A DNA stretch of 60,696 nucleotides from an uncultured Chloroflexota bacterium (GTDB lineage: Bacteria; Chloroflexota; Limnocylindria; P2-11E), in NCBI GenBank assembly GCA_964609145.1, contig CAZSRI010000001.1, positions 21,651 through 82,346 on the forward strand. Direction: 5' to 3'. The position numbers were made by a program, and so were the translations under genes. Position 1 is the first letter of the stretch. Each line of letters opens with the position of its first letter. Under the pieces are notes generated by a model that had not been told where the DNA came from, ran no database searches, and was given only the letters and a program-made list of their open reading frames with translations. This document shows, one piece after another, positions 23,505 to 31,881 of this stretch.

Positions 23505-24664
23505 CGGTCGAAGCGGTCAAGAAGATGAACGTGCCCATCACGAAGCCGACCCTCGGAGAAGAGGAGGCGCAGGCGCCCTTGGAGTCGATCCGCACGGGAT
23601 GGGTGACACAGGGACCGAAGGTCGCCGAGTTCGAGAAGCGCGTCGCCGCGTACGTGGGCGCGAAGCACGGTGTCGCGACCTCGTCGTGCACCACGGGCCT
23701 CCACCTCGCGCTCCACGCGATCGGCGTCGGCCCGGGCGACGAGGTCATCGTTCCCTCGCTCACGTTCATCGCCTCGCCGAACGCCGTCCTCTACACGGGC
23801 GCCGACGTCGTCTTCTGCGAGGTCGACCGCCGGACCTTCAACATCGACCCGAACGACGTCGAGCGGCGCATCACCGAGCGCACGAGGGCGATCATGCCCG
23901 TCGACCAGATCGGCCTCGCGTGCGACATCGACCGGGTCAACGAGATCGCGAAGCGCCACGGCCTCGACGTCGTCGAGGACGCCGCGCCGGCGATCGGCGC
24001 GCCGTACAAAGACGGCAGGGTCGGCTCGCGCGCGAAGGCGGTCGTGTTCAGCTTCCACCCGCGCAAGGTCATCACGACCGGTGAGGGCGGGATGATCACG
24101 ACCGACGACGACGCGCTCGCGACGCGCCTGCGGCAGCTGCGCCAGCACGCGATGAGCGTGTCGGACGTCGCGCGTCACCAGGCGGACCGCGTGATCATCG
24201 AGGAATACCCCGAGATCGGCTTCAACTACCGCATGAACGACATCCAGGCATCGATCGGGATCGTGCAGATCGGCCGCCTCGACGAGCTGCTCGCCGCCCG
24301 ACGCACGCGCGCGGCACGCTACGACGCCGAGCTGGCGACGATCCGCGGCCTCGTGCCGCCGTTCGTGCCCGCGTACGGCGCACCGCACACGTACCAGTCG
24401 TACATGGTCACGCTCACGAAGGACTGCCCGCTCGAGCGCGAGGAGCTCATGATCCGCCTGCTGCGGCGCGGCATCGCGACGCGGCGCGGGATCATGGCGA
24501 GCCACCTCGAGAGGACGTACACGTCGCGATACGGTGCCGTGTCGCTGCCGGTCACCGAGGAGGTGGCTCGGACGACGATGCTCCTGCCGCTCTACGCGAC
24601 GATGACGGAGGACGAGCAGGCGTACGTGATCGACGCGCTGCGCGAGGAGCTCGGCCCGAGCTGA
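23501..24664 (+). CDS. Second DegT/DnrJ/EryC1/StrS-family aminotransferase
   Basis: Contains ITKPTLGEEEAQA...SSCTTGLHLAL...FSFHPRKVITTGEGGM. GTG 23501 overlaps the upstream stop. ATG 23525 (MNVPITKP) is the alternative start. Confidence 0.85.
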   Translation: MTVEAVKKMNVPITKPTLGEEEAQAPLESIRTGWVTQGPKVAEFEKRVAAYVGAKHGVATSSCTTGLHLALHAIGVGPGDEVIVPSLTFIASPNAVLYTGADVVFCEVDRRTFNIDPNDVERRITERTRAIMPVDQIGLACDIDRVNEIAKRHGLDVVEDAAPAIGAPYKDGRVGSRAKAVVFSFHPRKVITTGEGGMITTDDDALATRLRQLRQHAMSVSDVARHQADRVIIEEYPEIGFNYRMNDIQASIGIVQIGRLDELLAARRTRAARYDAELATIRGLVPPFVPAYGAPHTYQSYMVTLTKDCPLEREELMIRLLRRGIATRRGIMASHLERTYTSRYGAVSLPVTEEVARTTMLLPLYATMTEDEQAYVIDALREELGPS

Positions 24665-24673
24665 GCCTGCTCT

Positions 24674-24696
24674 TCGCAGGGGGCTCCGCCCCTACC
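24674..24696 (+). repeat. Truncated G/C-run element E7 at the operon end
   Basis: TCGCAGGGGGCTCCGCCCCTACC shares its first 19 nt with E8. Its hairpin AGGGGC-TCC-GCCCCT lies between convergent stops (24664 and 24692). Confidence 0.7.
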
Positions 24697-25366
24697 GCAT
24701 GAGGATCGACGAGGCCGCGTCGAGGTCGTCGCCGCCCGCGTCCACGAGCGAGACGACGACCTGGTACACGAGGTCGCGGTCGTAGAAGTCACGCCATGAC
24801 GAGGTGCCCTCGCCGGTCACCGTGAAGAGGGCGTCGCCCGCCTTCACCTGCCGCCCGTCCTGCGCCACGAGCGCGGTGTCGGCGCCGAGCGCACCGGGGC
24901 GGAACGTGAGCTTGCGGCCGTCGGCCGCGAAGACGATCACGTACGGGTACACCGGCGTGCCCGCCACCGACGTGCCCTCGCGGATCGACCCGCCGAGGAG
25001 CTGGTAGCGGTGCAGCTCGACGCGTCCATCGAACGGCGCGACGACGGTCGCGCCCTTCGGGATGACGGCGACGGTGTACCTGTGGTCGCCGTACTCGTAG
25101 GGGTGCGTGACGGGCGCGCGCGGCGCCGGGGTCGGCGTCGCGGTCGGCGCCGGCGTCGGCGCAGGCGTCGGAGCAGGCGTGGGTGTCGGCCGCGGGGTCG
25201 GCGTCGGGGACGCGACGGCGACCGAAGGGCTCGGCACGGGCGCGACCGTCGCGGCGGCGATCTGCGGCGCGGGCGCCGTCGCCGTCGCGACGATCCCGAA
25301 CAGCCCCGCGACGAGGACGACGCCGACGACCGCGCCCTGGACCGCGATCTCGAAGCGCTCGCTCAC
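24692..25366 (-). CDS. Single-pass membrane protein with a Pro/Thr linker and a C-terminal beta-rich domain (function unknown)
   Basis: The TM span is AVVGVVLVAGLFGIVATA, followed by PTPTPRPTPTPAPTPAPTPAPTATPTPAP and then about 130 aa (VVAPFDGRV..GDALFTV, faintly lipoyl/M23-barrel-like). The start overlaps the upstream GT2 stop. Confidence 0.55.
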   Translation of the reverse strand: MSERFEIAVQGAVVGVVLVAGLFGIVATATAPAPQIAAATVAPVPSPSVAVASPTPTPRPTPTPAPTPAPTPAPTATPTPAPRAPVTHPYEYGDHRYTVAVIPKGATVVAPFDGRVELHRYQLLGGSIREGTSVAGTPVYPYVIVFAADGRKLTFRPGALGADTALVAQDGRQVKAGDALFTVTGEGTSSWRDFYDRDLVYQVVVSLVDAGGDDLDAASSILMR

Positions 25367-26115
25367 GCCCGTCCGAACGCTCGGTCGCGCGCGACCTTGC
25401 CCATCTGGATGAGGTAGCTCACGATCTCGCCGCCGCCGAACTTGCTCTTCCCGGCCTCACGGTCGTGGAACGTGTACGGCACCTCGACGACACGGGTGTA
25501 GCGCCCGCGCGCCATCACCTCGAAGCCGATCTTGAAGCCGATCGGGTCGAGCCGCACGCCGTCGATGACCGAGCGGCGGAGCGCGAAGAAGCCGCTCGTC
25601 GCGTCGCGGACGGGCACGAGCACGTTCCCCATGAGACACGCGACGCGCGAGACGATGCGCCGGCGGAGCGGCCAATCGACCGTGCCCCCGCCGAGCACGT
25701 AGCGGCTGCCGACGGCGAGGTCGGCGCCGCCCTCGACGGCGTCGACGAGCGCGGGCACGACCTCGGGCGGGTGGGAGAGGTCCGCGTCCATGACGACGAG
25801 GACGTCAGCGCGGGCCTCGTGCATCCCCGCCATCACGGCGGTCGCGAGGCCGAGCTTGCCGCTCCGCCGCACGACGCGGACGGGGGTCCGAGGCGCGAGG
25901 CGTCCGGCGACGTCGGCGGTGCCGTCCGGCGAGCCGTCGTCGACCACGATGAGCTCCCAGGGCCGCTCGCCGAGGGCCGCGACGAGCCGCGCCGCGAGCG
26001 TGGGGATCGTCGCCGCCTCGTTGTACGTGGGAACGACGACGGAGATGCCTGCTCTTGGCGGGGGCGCGCTAACGCGCACAGGGGCCCCTGCCCCCGCCCC
26101 CGCACGCCCCGTCAT
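25363..26115 (-). CDS. GT2-family polyprenol-phosphate glycosyltransferase (Ppm1/DPM-synthase-like)
   Basis: Contains ISVVVPTYNEAATI...LIVVDDGSPDGT...VLVVMDADLSHPP (DxD and DAD motifs). The ATG at 26115 gives 250 aa. The rest of ORF 25363..26988 is out-of-gene. Confidence 0.85.
   Translation of the reverse strand: MTGRAGAGAGAPVRVSAPPPRAGISVVVPTYNEAATIPTLAARLVAALGERPWELIVVDDGSPDGTADVAGRLAPRTPVRVVRRSGKLGLATAVMAGMHEARADVLVVMDADLSHPPEVVPALVDAVEGGADLAVGSRYVLGGGTVDWPLRRRIVSRVACLMGNVLVPVRDATSGFFALRRSVIDGVRLDPIGFKIGFEVMARGRYTRVVEVPYTFHDREAGKSKFGGGEIVSYLIQMGKVARDRAFGRA
26058..26110. repeat. Expanded-loop G/C-run element E9, which also forms a minus-strand G-quadruplex motif
   Basis: GCGGGGG (26058-64) pairs with CCCCCGC (26091-97), enclosing the palindromes GCGCG-CTAA-CGCGC and CAGGGGCCCCTG. 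C-tracts lie at 26085-88, 26091-95, 26097-101 and 26107-10. On the GT2 coding strand these read G4-CGTGC-G5-C-G5-CA-G4, starting 3 nt after the ATG. Confidence 0.7.
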
Positions 26116-26122
26116 TGCGGCG

Positions 26123-26128
26123 ATAGTA
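26123..26128 (-). promoter_or_regulatory. Candidate -10 hexamer TACTAT for a leaderless GT2 transcript
   Basis: This is the only AT-rich hexamer in the 21-bp divergent gap 26116-26136. On the minus strand it reads TACTAT with a 7-nt spacer to the ATG at 26115. Confidence 0.4.
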
Positions 26129-26136
26129 CGTTCGCG

Positions 26137-27273
26137 ATGCGTGTCCTCTTCGACGCGCGGCATCTCCAGACGGTGAGCCGCACGCGCGGCATCGGCCGCT
26201 ACTCGCGCAACCTCCTCGCGGCGTTCGCGCGGCGCGCGCCCGCCGACGTGGAGTGGACGCTGCTGCGCCTCGCGACGTTCCCGCCGTCGGATCCCGGCGC
26301 GCTCCCGCCGCACCGCGACGTCGCGGTGCGCCGTCCGCGGCGGCCTGAGCTCGCGATGCTCGCGCTCGACGCGGCCTTGCTGCCGGTCGAGCTGCGTGGG
26401 AGCTGGAACGTGTACCACTCGGTGCAGCTCGGGCTGCCGTTCGCGCGCCGCATGCGCGCCGTCGTCACGATCCACGACCTCGCCCCGCTGCACTGGCCGG
26501 ATCACTACCTGCGCTACCCGCACGTCCGCCTCGGGCACATGTGGCAGTACGCGCTCGCGCAGCGCGCCGACGCGATCGTCGCGCCGTCGGCGGCGACGGC
26601 GCGCGACGTCGTCGAGCGCCTGCGCGTGCCGCCGGAGCGCGTGCGCACGATCCCCGAGGCGGTGGACGCCTCGTTCGCGCCGCCGCCGCGCGAGAGGGCG
26701 AGGGCGATCGCGCGCGAACGGTTCGGCGTCGCCGGTCGGTACGTCCTGTACGTCGGGCAGTTCGATCCGCGGAAGAACATGGACGGGCTGGTCGCCGCGT
26801 TCGCCGACGCGGCGTCGGTCGACGCGGACGTGCGGCTCGTCGTCGTCGGCGACCTCGGCAAGCTCGCGTCGCACCTGCGCGCGGCGCTCGAGCGCGCACC
26901 GGGCGCGCGCGAGCGCGTGACCGTGACCGGCTTCGTCGACGACGCGACGCTCGCCGCGCTCTACGCGGGCGCCGAGTGCCTCCTCCACGCCGCGCTCCTC
27001 GAGGGGTTCGGCCTCACGCCGCTCGAATCGCTCGCCGCGGGGACGCCCGTGGTCGGGTATCGCGCCGGCGCCGTCGAGGAGGTCGTCGGCGACGCAGGCC
27101 TGCTCGTCGACCCCTCCGACGGCGGCGCCCTCGGTGAAGCGCTACGGACGTACCTGCTGTCGGACGCGCTCGCGGCGCGGCTCCGCTCGCGCGCCCGGGC
27201 GCGCGCCGCGGCGTTCTCATGGGACCGCGCCGCGGACGAGACGCTCGCGGTGTACCGGTCGCTCAGCCCCTAA
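26137..27273 (+). CDS. Glycosyltransferase family 4 (GT-B)
   Basis: Contains MRVLFDARHL...GIGRYSRNLL, YVGQFDPRKN and LEGFGLTPLESLAAGTPVV. Confidence 0.8.
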   Translation: MRVLFDARHLQTVSRTRGIGRYSRNLLAAFARRAPADVEWTLLRLATFPPSDPGALPPHRDVAVRRPRRPELAMLALDAALLPVELRGSWNVYHSVQLGLPFARRMRAVVTIHDLAPLHWPDHYLRYPHVRLGHMWQYALAQRADAIVAPSAATARDVVERLRVPPERVRTIPEAVDASFAPPPRERARAIARERFGVAGRYVLYVGQFDPRKNMDGLVAAFADAASVDADVRLVVVGDLGKLASHLRAALERAPGARERVTVTGFVDDATLAALYAGAECLLHAALLEGFGLTPLESLAAGTPVVGYRAGAVEEVVGDAGLLVDPSDGGALGEALRTYLLSDALAARLRSRARARAAAFSWDRAADETLAVYRSLSP

Positions 27274-27282
27274 CCTTAGGTC

Positions 27283-28632
27283 GTGGCCCGGCGCGTTCCA
27301 CTCCCACGTCTCACGCATCGGCAGCGCATGTCGCGCGCGGAGCGCGAGCGCCGTCAGCAGACGGTCGTCGTCATCGTCTTCACCGCGGTCCTGGTGTTCG
27401 TGCTCGGGCTCGTCGCATGGGCGGCGTCGGACCGCTACTACGCGACGAACCTCGCGCCGGCGGCGGCGGTCCAGGGCGAGCAGATCCCCATGCGCGAGCT
27501 GACCAGCCAGACGCGGCTCGACCTCCTCCGCCTCTATCAGCGGTATGGCGTGCCGGAGGGCTCCGAGAACGACCCGCAGCTCGACCAGGTGAAGGCGGCG
27601 GAGCGCGAGACCGCGCTCGACGACGTCATCGAGCACCACGTCCTCGAGCACGCGGCGCGCGACGCGGGCTACGCGCCGAGCGCCGCGCAGGTCGACGACC
27701 AGTACCGGATCGACTACGGCGAGTTCCGCGTGCGGCAGGTCCTCATCGCCGTCGACGCGAACGCGACCGAGCCCGAGCAGGCCGACGCGTACGCCAAGAT
27801 GCGCGCGCAGATCGTCGCCGAGCGGCTGCGCGCCGACCCGAAGAACGACGACCTCTGGAAGAGCGTCGCGGCGGACAACTCCGACGACCCCGGCTCGAAG
27901 GACTCGGGCGGCGAGCTCGGATGGGCCGGGAGCGGCGCGTACGTCGCGGAGTTCGATCAGGCGGTCCGGACGCTCGCCATCGGGCAGGTCTCGGACCCCG
28001 TGCGGACGCAGTTCGGCTACCACGTCATCCAGGTCGAGGACGTGCGCGCGCCCGCCGACACCGACCTCGTGAAGCGCTACCTGAAGGCGGGCTTCTCGAC
28101 CGACGACCTCCGCGCGCAGGCGCGCTACGCCGTGCTGCGCCGCGAGTTCGAGCGCCGTCAGCTCGCCGCGGATCCGAGCGGGACGGCGGAGCAGGTGCAC
28201 CTCGCACGCATCACGATCACCATCCCGCCGCCCACGAGCCAGAACTTCCAGGCCTTCATGCAGGCGCTCGACAAGCAGAACACGGTGAAGACCGCGCTCG
28301 AGGGAGGGCAGGACTTCGGCGAGATCGCGAAGGCGAGCTCCGACGACACCGAGACGAAGGAGAAGGGCGGCGACATGGGCTGGGTGACGCGCGGGATGCT
28401 CGCCGACCCGGCCACCGAGGACGTCGTCTTCAGGACGGAGCCCGGCAAGACGACCTCGCCGATCTCGAGCGAGACCGAATGGGCGGTGTACAAGGTGCTC
28501 GAGAAGGACCCGGCGCGGGCCGTCACGGACGCGCAGCGCGCGAGGCAGCAGCGGAACGCGTTCGCCTACTGGCTCGCGAAGGAGAAGAGGGCCTACGACG
28601 TCCAGAAGATCGTCGGATCGTCCGGCGGCTGA
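27283..28632 (+). CDS. Membrane-anchored PpiC/parvulin-type peptidyl-prolyl isomerase (SurA/PrsA-like), two parvulin domains
   Basis: The N-terminal TM is VVVIVFTAVLVFVLGLVAWAA. The parvulin motifs are GGELGWAG..FGYHVIQVE and GGDMGWVTRG. The start is GTG 27283 or ATG 27328. Confidence 0.75.
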   Translation: MARRVPLPRLTHRQRMSRAERERRQQTVVVIVFTAVLVFVLGLVAWAASDRYYATNLAPAAAVQGEQIPMRELTSQTRLDLLRLYQRYGVPEGSENDPQLDQVKAAERETALDDVIEHHVLEHAARDAGYAPSAAQVDDQYRIDYGEFRVRQVLIAVDANATEPEQADAYAKMRAQIVAERLRADPKNDDLWKSVAADNSDDPGSKDSGGELGWAGSGAYVAEFDQAVRTLAIGQVSDPVRTQFGYHVIQVEDVRAPADTDLVKRYLKAGFSTDDLRAQARYAVLRREFERRQLAADPSGTAEQVHLARITITIPPPTSQNFQAFMQALDKQNTVKTALEGGQDFGEIAKASSDDTETKEKGGDMGWVTRGMLADPATEDVVFRTEPGKTTSPISSETEWAVYKVLEKDPARAVTDAQRARQQRNAFAYWLAKEKRAYDVQKIVGSSGG

Positions 28633-28645
28633 TCCGTTCGCGGCG

Positions 28646-29155
28646 ATGGGCCAGGCCGTCGCCGAGGTCGCGCGGATCGCGGATCGCCTGCGCTCGCCGG
28701 ACGGATGCCCGTGGGACCGCGAGCAGTCGCACGCGACGCTCCGGCCGTTCCTCCTCGAGGAGGCGTACGAGGTCCTCGAGGCGCTCGACAGCGGGAACGC
28801 CGCCGCGCAGCGCGAGGAGCTCGGCGACCTCCTCTTCCAGGTCGTGATCCACGCGCAGCTCGCGCGCGAGGCGGGCGCGTACGACCTCGCCGCGATCGCG
28901 CGCGCCATCGCCGAGAAGCTCGTGCGCCGCCACCCCCACGTGTTCGAGGGCAGGCCGATCGAGGGCGACGTCCTCTCGCAGTGGGAGCGCATCAAGAAGG
29001 ACGAGAAGCGCGACGCCGCGGCGGCGGTGCGCGCGGCGAACGAGCACTTCGCGGCGCGCGTGCGCGCGATCGAGGAGCGCGCCCGCGGCGAGGGGCGCGC
29101 GCTCTCGTCCTACGATGCCGACGAGCTCTGGGCGATGTGGGAAGCGACACGATGA
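28646..29155 (+). CDS. mazG: MazG-family nucleoside triphosphate pyrophosphohydrolase
   Basis: Contains CPWDREQSHATLRPFLLEEAYEVLEA...EELGDLLFQVV...RRHPHVF. Confidence 0.8.
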   Translation: MGQAVAEVARIADRLRSPDGCPWDREQSHATLRPFLLEEAYEVLEALDSGNAAAQREELGDLLFQVVIHAQLAREAGAYDLAAIARAIAEKLVRRHPHVFEGRPIEGDVLSQWERIKKDEKRDAAAAVRAANEHFAARVRAIEERARGEGRALSSYDADELWAMWEATR

Positions 29156-29243
29156 CGATCGGAACGGGTGCGAGCGAGGATCCGGCTCTGCCGGTCCGAG
29201 CGAGTCCGAGGGCGGAGCCCACATCGGGCCGAAGGCACGATGG

Positions 29244-29957
29244 ATGAAGAGATACGAGCGGCCCGACGGCCGCGGCTACGACGCCATGCGGCCGGTCTCG
29301 ATCGAGGTCGGCGTGTCGAAGTTCGCCGAGGGATCGTGCCGCGTCGCCTTCGGCGACACGCAGGTGCTCTGTCTCGCGACGCTCGAGGACCGCCTTCCGC
29401 GCCACCTCGAGGGGAAGAACAGCGGATGGGTGACCGCGGAGTACGCGATGCTCCCGCGGTCGACCCCCGAGCGCAGCCAGCGCGAGAGCCTCTCGGGTCG
29501 CCCCGGCGGCCGCACGTTCGAGATCCAGCGCCTCGTCGGGCGCGCGCTGCGCGCGGCGGTCGACCTGAAGGCGCTCGGGCCGCGCAGCGTGATCGTCGAC
29601 TGCGAGGTCATCCAGGCGGACGGCGGCACGCGGACGGCCGCGATCACGGGCGGCTGGGTCGCGCTCCAGCACGCGCTCCGCTACTTCACGCCGAAGCCCG
29701 TCCGGCGGCACGTCGCCGCGGTGTCCGCGGGGTTCGTGCGCGGCGAGCTCGTCCTCGACCTCCCGTACGCCGAGGACTCGATCGCCGACGCGGACGTGAA
29801 CGTCGTCGCGACGGACGCGGGCGAGCTCATCGAGGTGCAGGGAACGGCCGAGCAGCGCCCGTTCTCGCGAGAGGACTTCGACCGGATCCTCGCGCTCTCG
29901 ATGCGCGGGATCGACGCGCTGGTGGAGGCGCAGAAGAAGGCCGTCGCCTCGTTCTAG
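29244..29957 (+). CDS. rph: Ribonuclease PH
   Basis: Contains RPDGRGYDAMRPVSIE...EGSCRVAFGDTQVLC...GGRTFEIQRLVGRALR...DCEVIQADGGTRTAAITG. Length 237 aa. Confidence 0.9.
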   Translation: MKRYERPDGRGYDAMRPVSIEVGVSKFAEGSCRVAFGDTQVLCLATLEDRLPRHLEGKNSGWVTAEYAMLPRSTPERSQRESLSGRPGGRTFEIQRLVGRALRAAVDLKALGPRSVIVDCEVIQADGGTRTAAITGGWVALQHALRYFTPKPVRRHVAAVSAGFVRGELVLDLPYAEDSIADADVNVVATDAGELIEVQGTAEQRPFSREDFDRILALSMRGIDALVEAQKKAVASF

Positions 29958-30073
29958 ATGCCGAGCACGTTCCTCATCTCATTCCGACCCTCGGTCGGGC
30001 AAAGCCCTCCCTCAGGCCCAGGTGCTCGACCTCGTCTTCGCCTCGGTCCGCGCGCCTGGGGGACCATTGTGCC

Positions 30074-30670
30074 GTGCGCACCTTCTTGATCGGATCGATG
30101 AACCAGGGGAAGATCGCGGAGTACCGGCGCATGCTCGCGGGGCTCGACCTCCGTCTCGTCGACCCCTCGCACCTCGACCCCGTGCCGCCCGAGCCCGCCG
30201 AGGACCACGACACGTACGCGGCGAACGCGGCGGCGAAGGCCGAGGCGTACGCGGCGGCGACGGGCCTGGCGACGATCGCCGACGACTCCGGCGTCGAGGT
30301 GGACGCCCTCGGCGGCGCTCCCGGCGTGCGGAGCCGCCGGTACTTCGGCGAGCGCGCCGGGCCCGCGGAGCGCAACGCGAAGCTCCTCGCGCTCATGGAA
30401 GAGGCGCCGCAGCGCGACGCGCGCTTCGTGTGCGTCGTCGCGCTCGCGTATCCGGGCGGACCGACAGAGCTGTTCGAGGGGATCTGCCGCGGCTCGGTCG
30501 CGAAGGCGCCCCGCAGCGACGGCCATGGCTTCGGCTACGACCCGATCTTCATCGTCGGCGGCGACGGGCGCACGATGGCCGAGCTCTCGCCCGAGGAGAA
30601 GGACCTGGTCTCGCACCGCGGCCTCGCCGTCGCGAAGCTACGCGCGCATCTCGGCGCCGAGCCGCGCTAG
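30074..30670 (+). CDS. rdgB: Non-canonical purine NTP pyrophosphatase (RdgB/HAM1 family)
   Basis: Contains SMNQGKIAEY...IADDSGVEVDALGGAPGVRSRRY...GFGYDPIF...MAELSPEEKDLVSHRG. It follows rph as in many genomes. The GTG start is tentative. Confidence 0.85.
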   Translation: MRTFLIGSMNQGKIAEYRRMLAGLDLRLVDPSHLDPVPPEPAEDHDTYAANAAAKAEAYAAATGLATIADDSGVEVDALGGAPGVRSRRYFGERAGPAERNAKLLALMEEAPQRDARFVCVVALAYPGGPTELFEGICRGSVAKAPRSDGHGFGYDPIFIVGGDGRTMAELSPEEKDLVSHRGLAVAKLRAHLGAEPR

Positions 30671-30759
30671 CGGGACGATCGTTCCGGGCGGCTCGCGAAG
30701 AGCGACGGCGCATCGCTGTCGACGAAGGCGCGCGATCTCCTTCGAGGGGCGCTCGAGAC

Positions 30760-31320
30760 CTACGAGACGCGAGGTGCGGATCCTCGCGGCGGTCCGCCGG
30801 AAGGACGGGTACCGTCGTACACGATCCGCCCGCCCTCCACGCGGGCGACGTCCCAGAGCCGGTGGGGCCCGGTCTTCTCCGGGCCGAGCAGGTGCACGAC
30901 CTCCCAGCCGTCGACGGTGAGCCGATCCGAGAGGAGCCGCCGATGGCAGCGCCACCAGAGCGTCTCCGAGCACATGTACGCGGTCGGCGCCTCGCGGGCG
31001 AGCGCGAGCAGCCTCGCGTACTCGGCGCGGAACTCGTCGCCGGCCATGTGGTCGGCGTACGCGCGGAACGCGGCGACGCGCAGCGCGCGATGCGGCGAGG
31101 CGTGGCTTTCGCGCCGCCGCCCGCCGAGGCCGGGCAGGTGCACGTAGCGGATCCCCGCCGCCTCGAGCGAGGTCGCGAGCGCGTCCTTCCCGAACTGCGG
31201 ATGCCGCCGCGAGCCCGGGAAGCTGCGGACATCCGCCACGGTGGCGATCCGGTGCTCGCGCAGCAGCGCGATCGACTCGTCGATGGTGCGCGTGCCGTGT
31301 CCGACCGACCAGATCCGCAT
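30760..31320 (-). CDS. DUF488 family protein
   Basis: MRIWSVGHGTRTIDE...VADVRSFPGSRRHPQF...LWWRCHRRLL is the DUF488 pattern. It is the only credible part of the 1489-aa antisense ORF 30760..35229. Confidence 0.75.
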   Translation of the reverse strand: MRIWSVGHGTRTIDESIALLREHRIATVADVRSFPGSRRHPQFGKDALATSLEAAGIRYVHLPGLGGRRRESHASPHRALRVAAFRAYADHMAGDEFRAEYARLLALAREAPTAYMCSETLWWRCHRRLLSDRLTVDGWEVVHLLGPEKTGPHRLWDVARVEGGRIVYDGTRPSGGPPRGSAPRVS

Positions 31321-31329
31321 GCGACCAGT

Positions 31330-31800
31330 GTGCGAGACTTCGCGCCCGTGAGCGCCGCGGTCATCGCGCTGCACCTGCACACGGAGAACGGCGTCCGTCC
31401 CGCGGCGGTCGACGCGGTCACCGGGCGCGTCGGCGGCGGCATCGAGGGCGACAGCCATGTTGGCAAGGGCGAGCGGGCGGTGCTCGTCGTCGACCGCTCC
31501 ACGCTGGACTCGCTCTCGCTCGCGCCGGGCGACCTGCGCGAGCAGATCACCGTCGAGGGCCTCGGCGACGTGACGAACATGCTCGCCGGCGCGGTCCTGC
31601 GCGCCGGCGGCATCACGCTGCGCGTGAACAGGCCATGCGCGCCGTGCACGCACATCGGCGAGATGCTCGGCCGGCCCGACCCCGAGGCGTTCCGCGTCTC
31701 GCTCCTCGGACGGCGCGGTGCGGTCTGCACCGTCGTCGCCGTCGACGGCGCGCTCCGCGTCGGCGATCGTGTCGAGGTGGTGGCGCCCGCGGCCGTCTGA
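31330..31800 (+). CDS. MOSC domain protein
   Basis: Contains GIEGDSH...GDLREQITVEG..L..GAVLRAGGITLRVNRPCAPC. The GTG start at 31330 or 31349 is uncertain. Confidence 0.65.
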   Translation: MRDFAPVSAAVIALHLHTENGVRPAAVDAVTGRVGGGIEGDSHVGKGERAVLVVDRSTLDSLSLAPGDLREQITVEGLGDVTNMLAGAVLRAGGITLRVNRPCAPCTHIGEMLGRPDPEAFRVSLLGRRGAVCTVVAVDGALRVGDRVEVVAPAAV

Positions 31801-31881
31801 CGCGCGCGCTTTTTCGCTCGGCACCGTTCCGCAACGCTTCTCCCACTTCCTGGGCCGTTGACGATCCCCTAGCGTGCGCGG

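Noticed and set aside
25183-27273. 696-aa ORF covering the GT2 antisense strand plus the GT4 gene
   Set aside because: Only the part from ATG 26137 (MRVLFDARHL...) has glycosyltransferase motifs. The upstream section is an antisense-frame artefact of the GT2 gene.
31798-31816. Intrinsic terminator after the MOSC gene (CGCGCGCGC followed by T5)
   Set aside because: The T-run is striking in this GC-rich context, but the alternating CG run can form only a very short stem. Support is too weak for a feature call.
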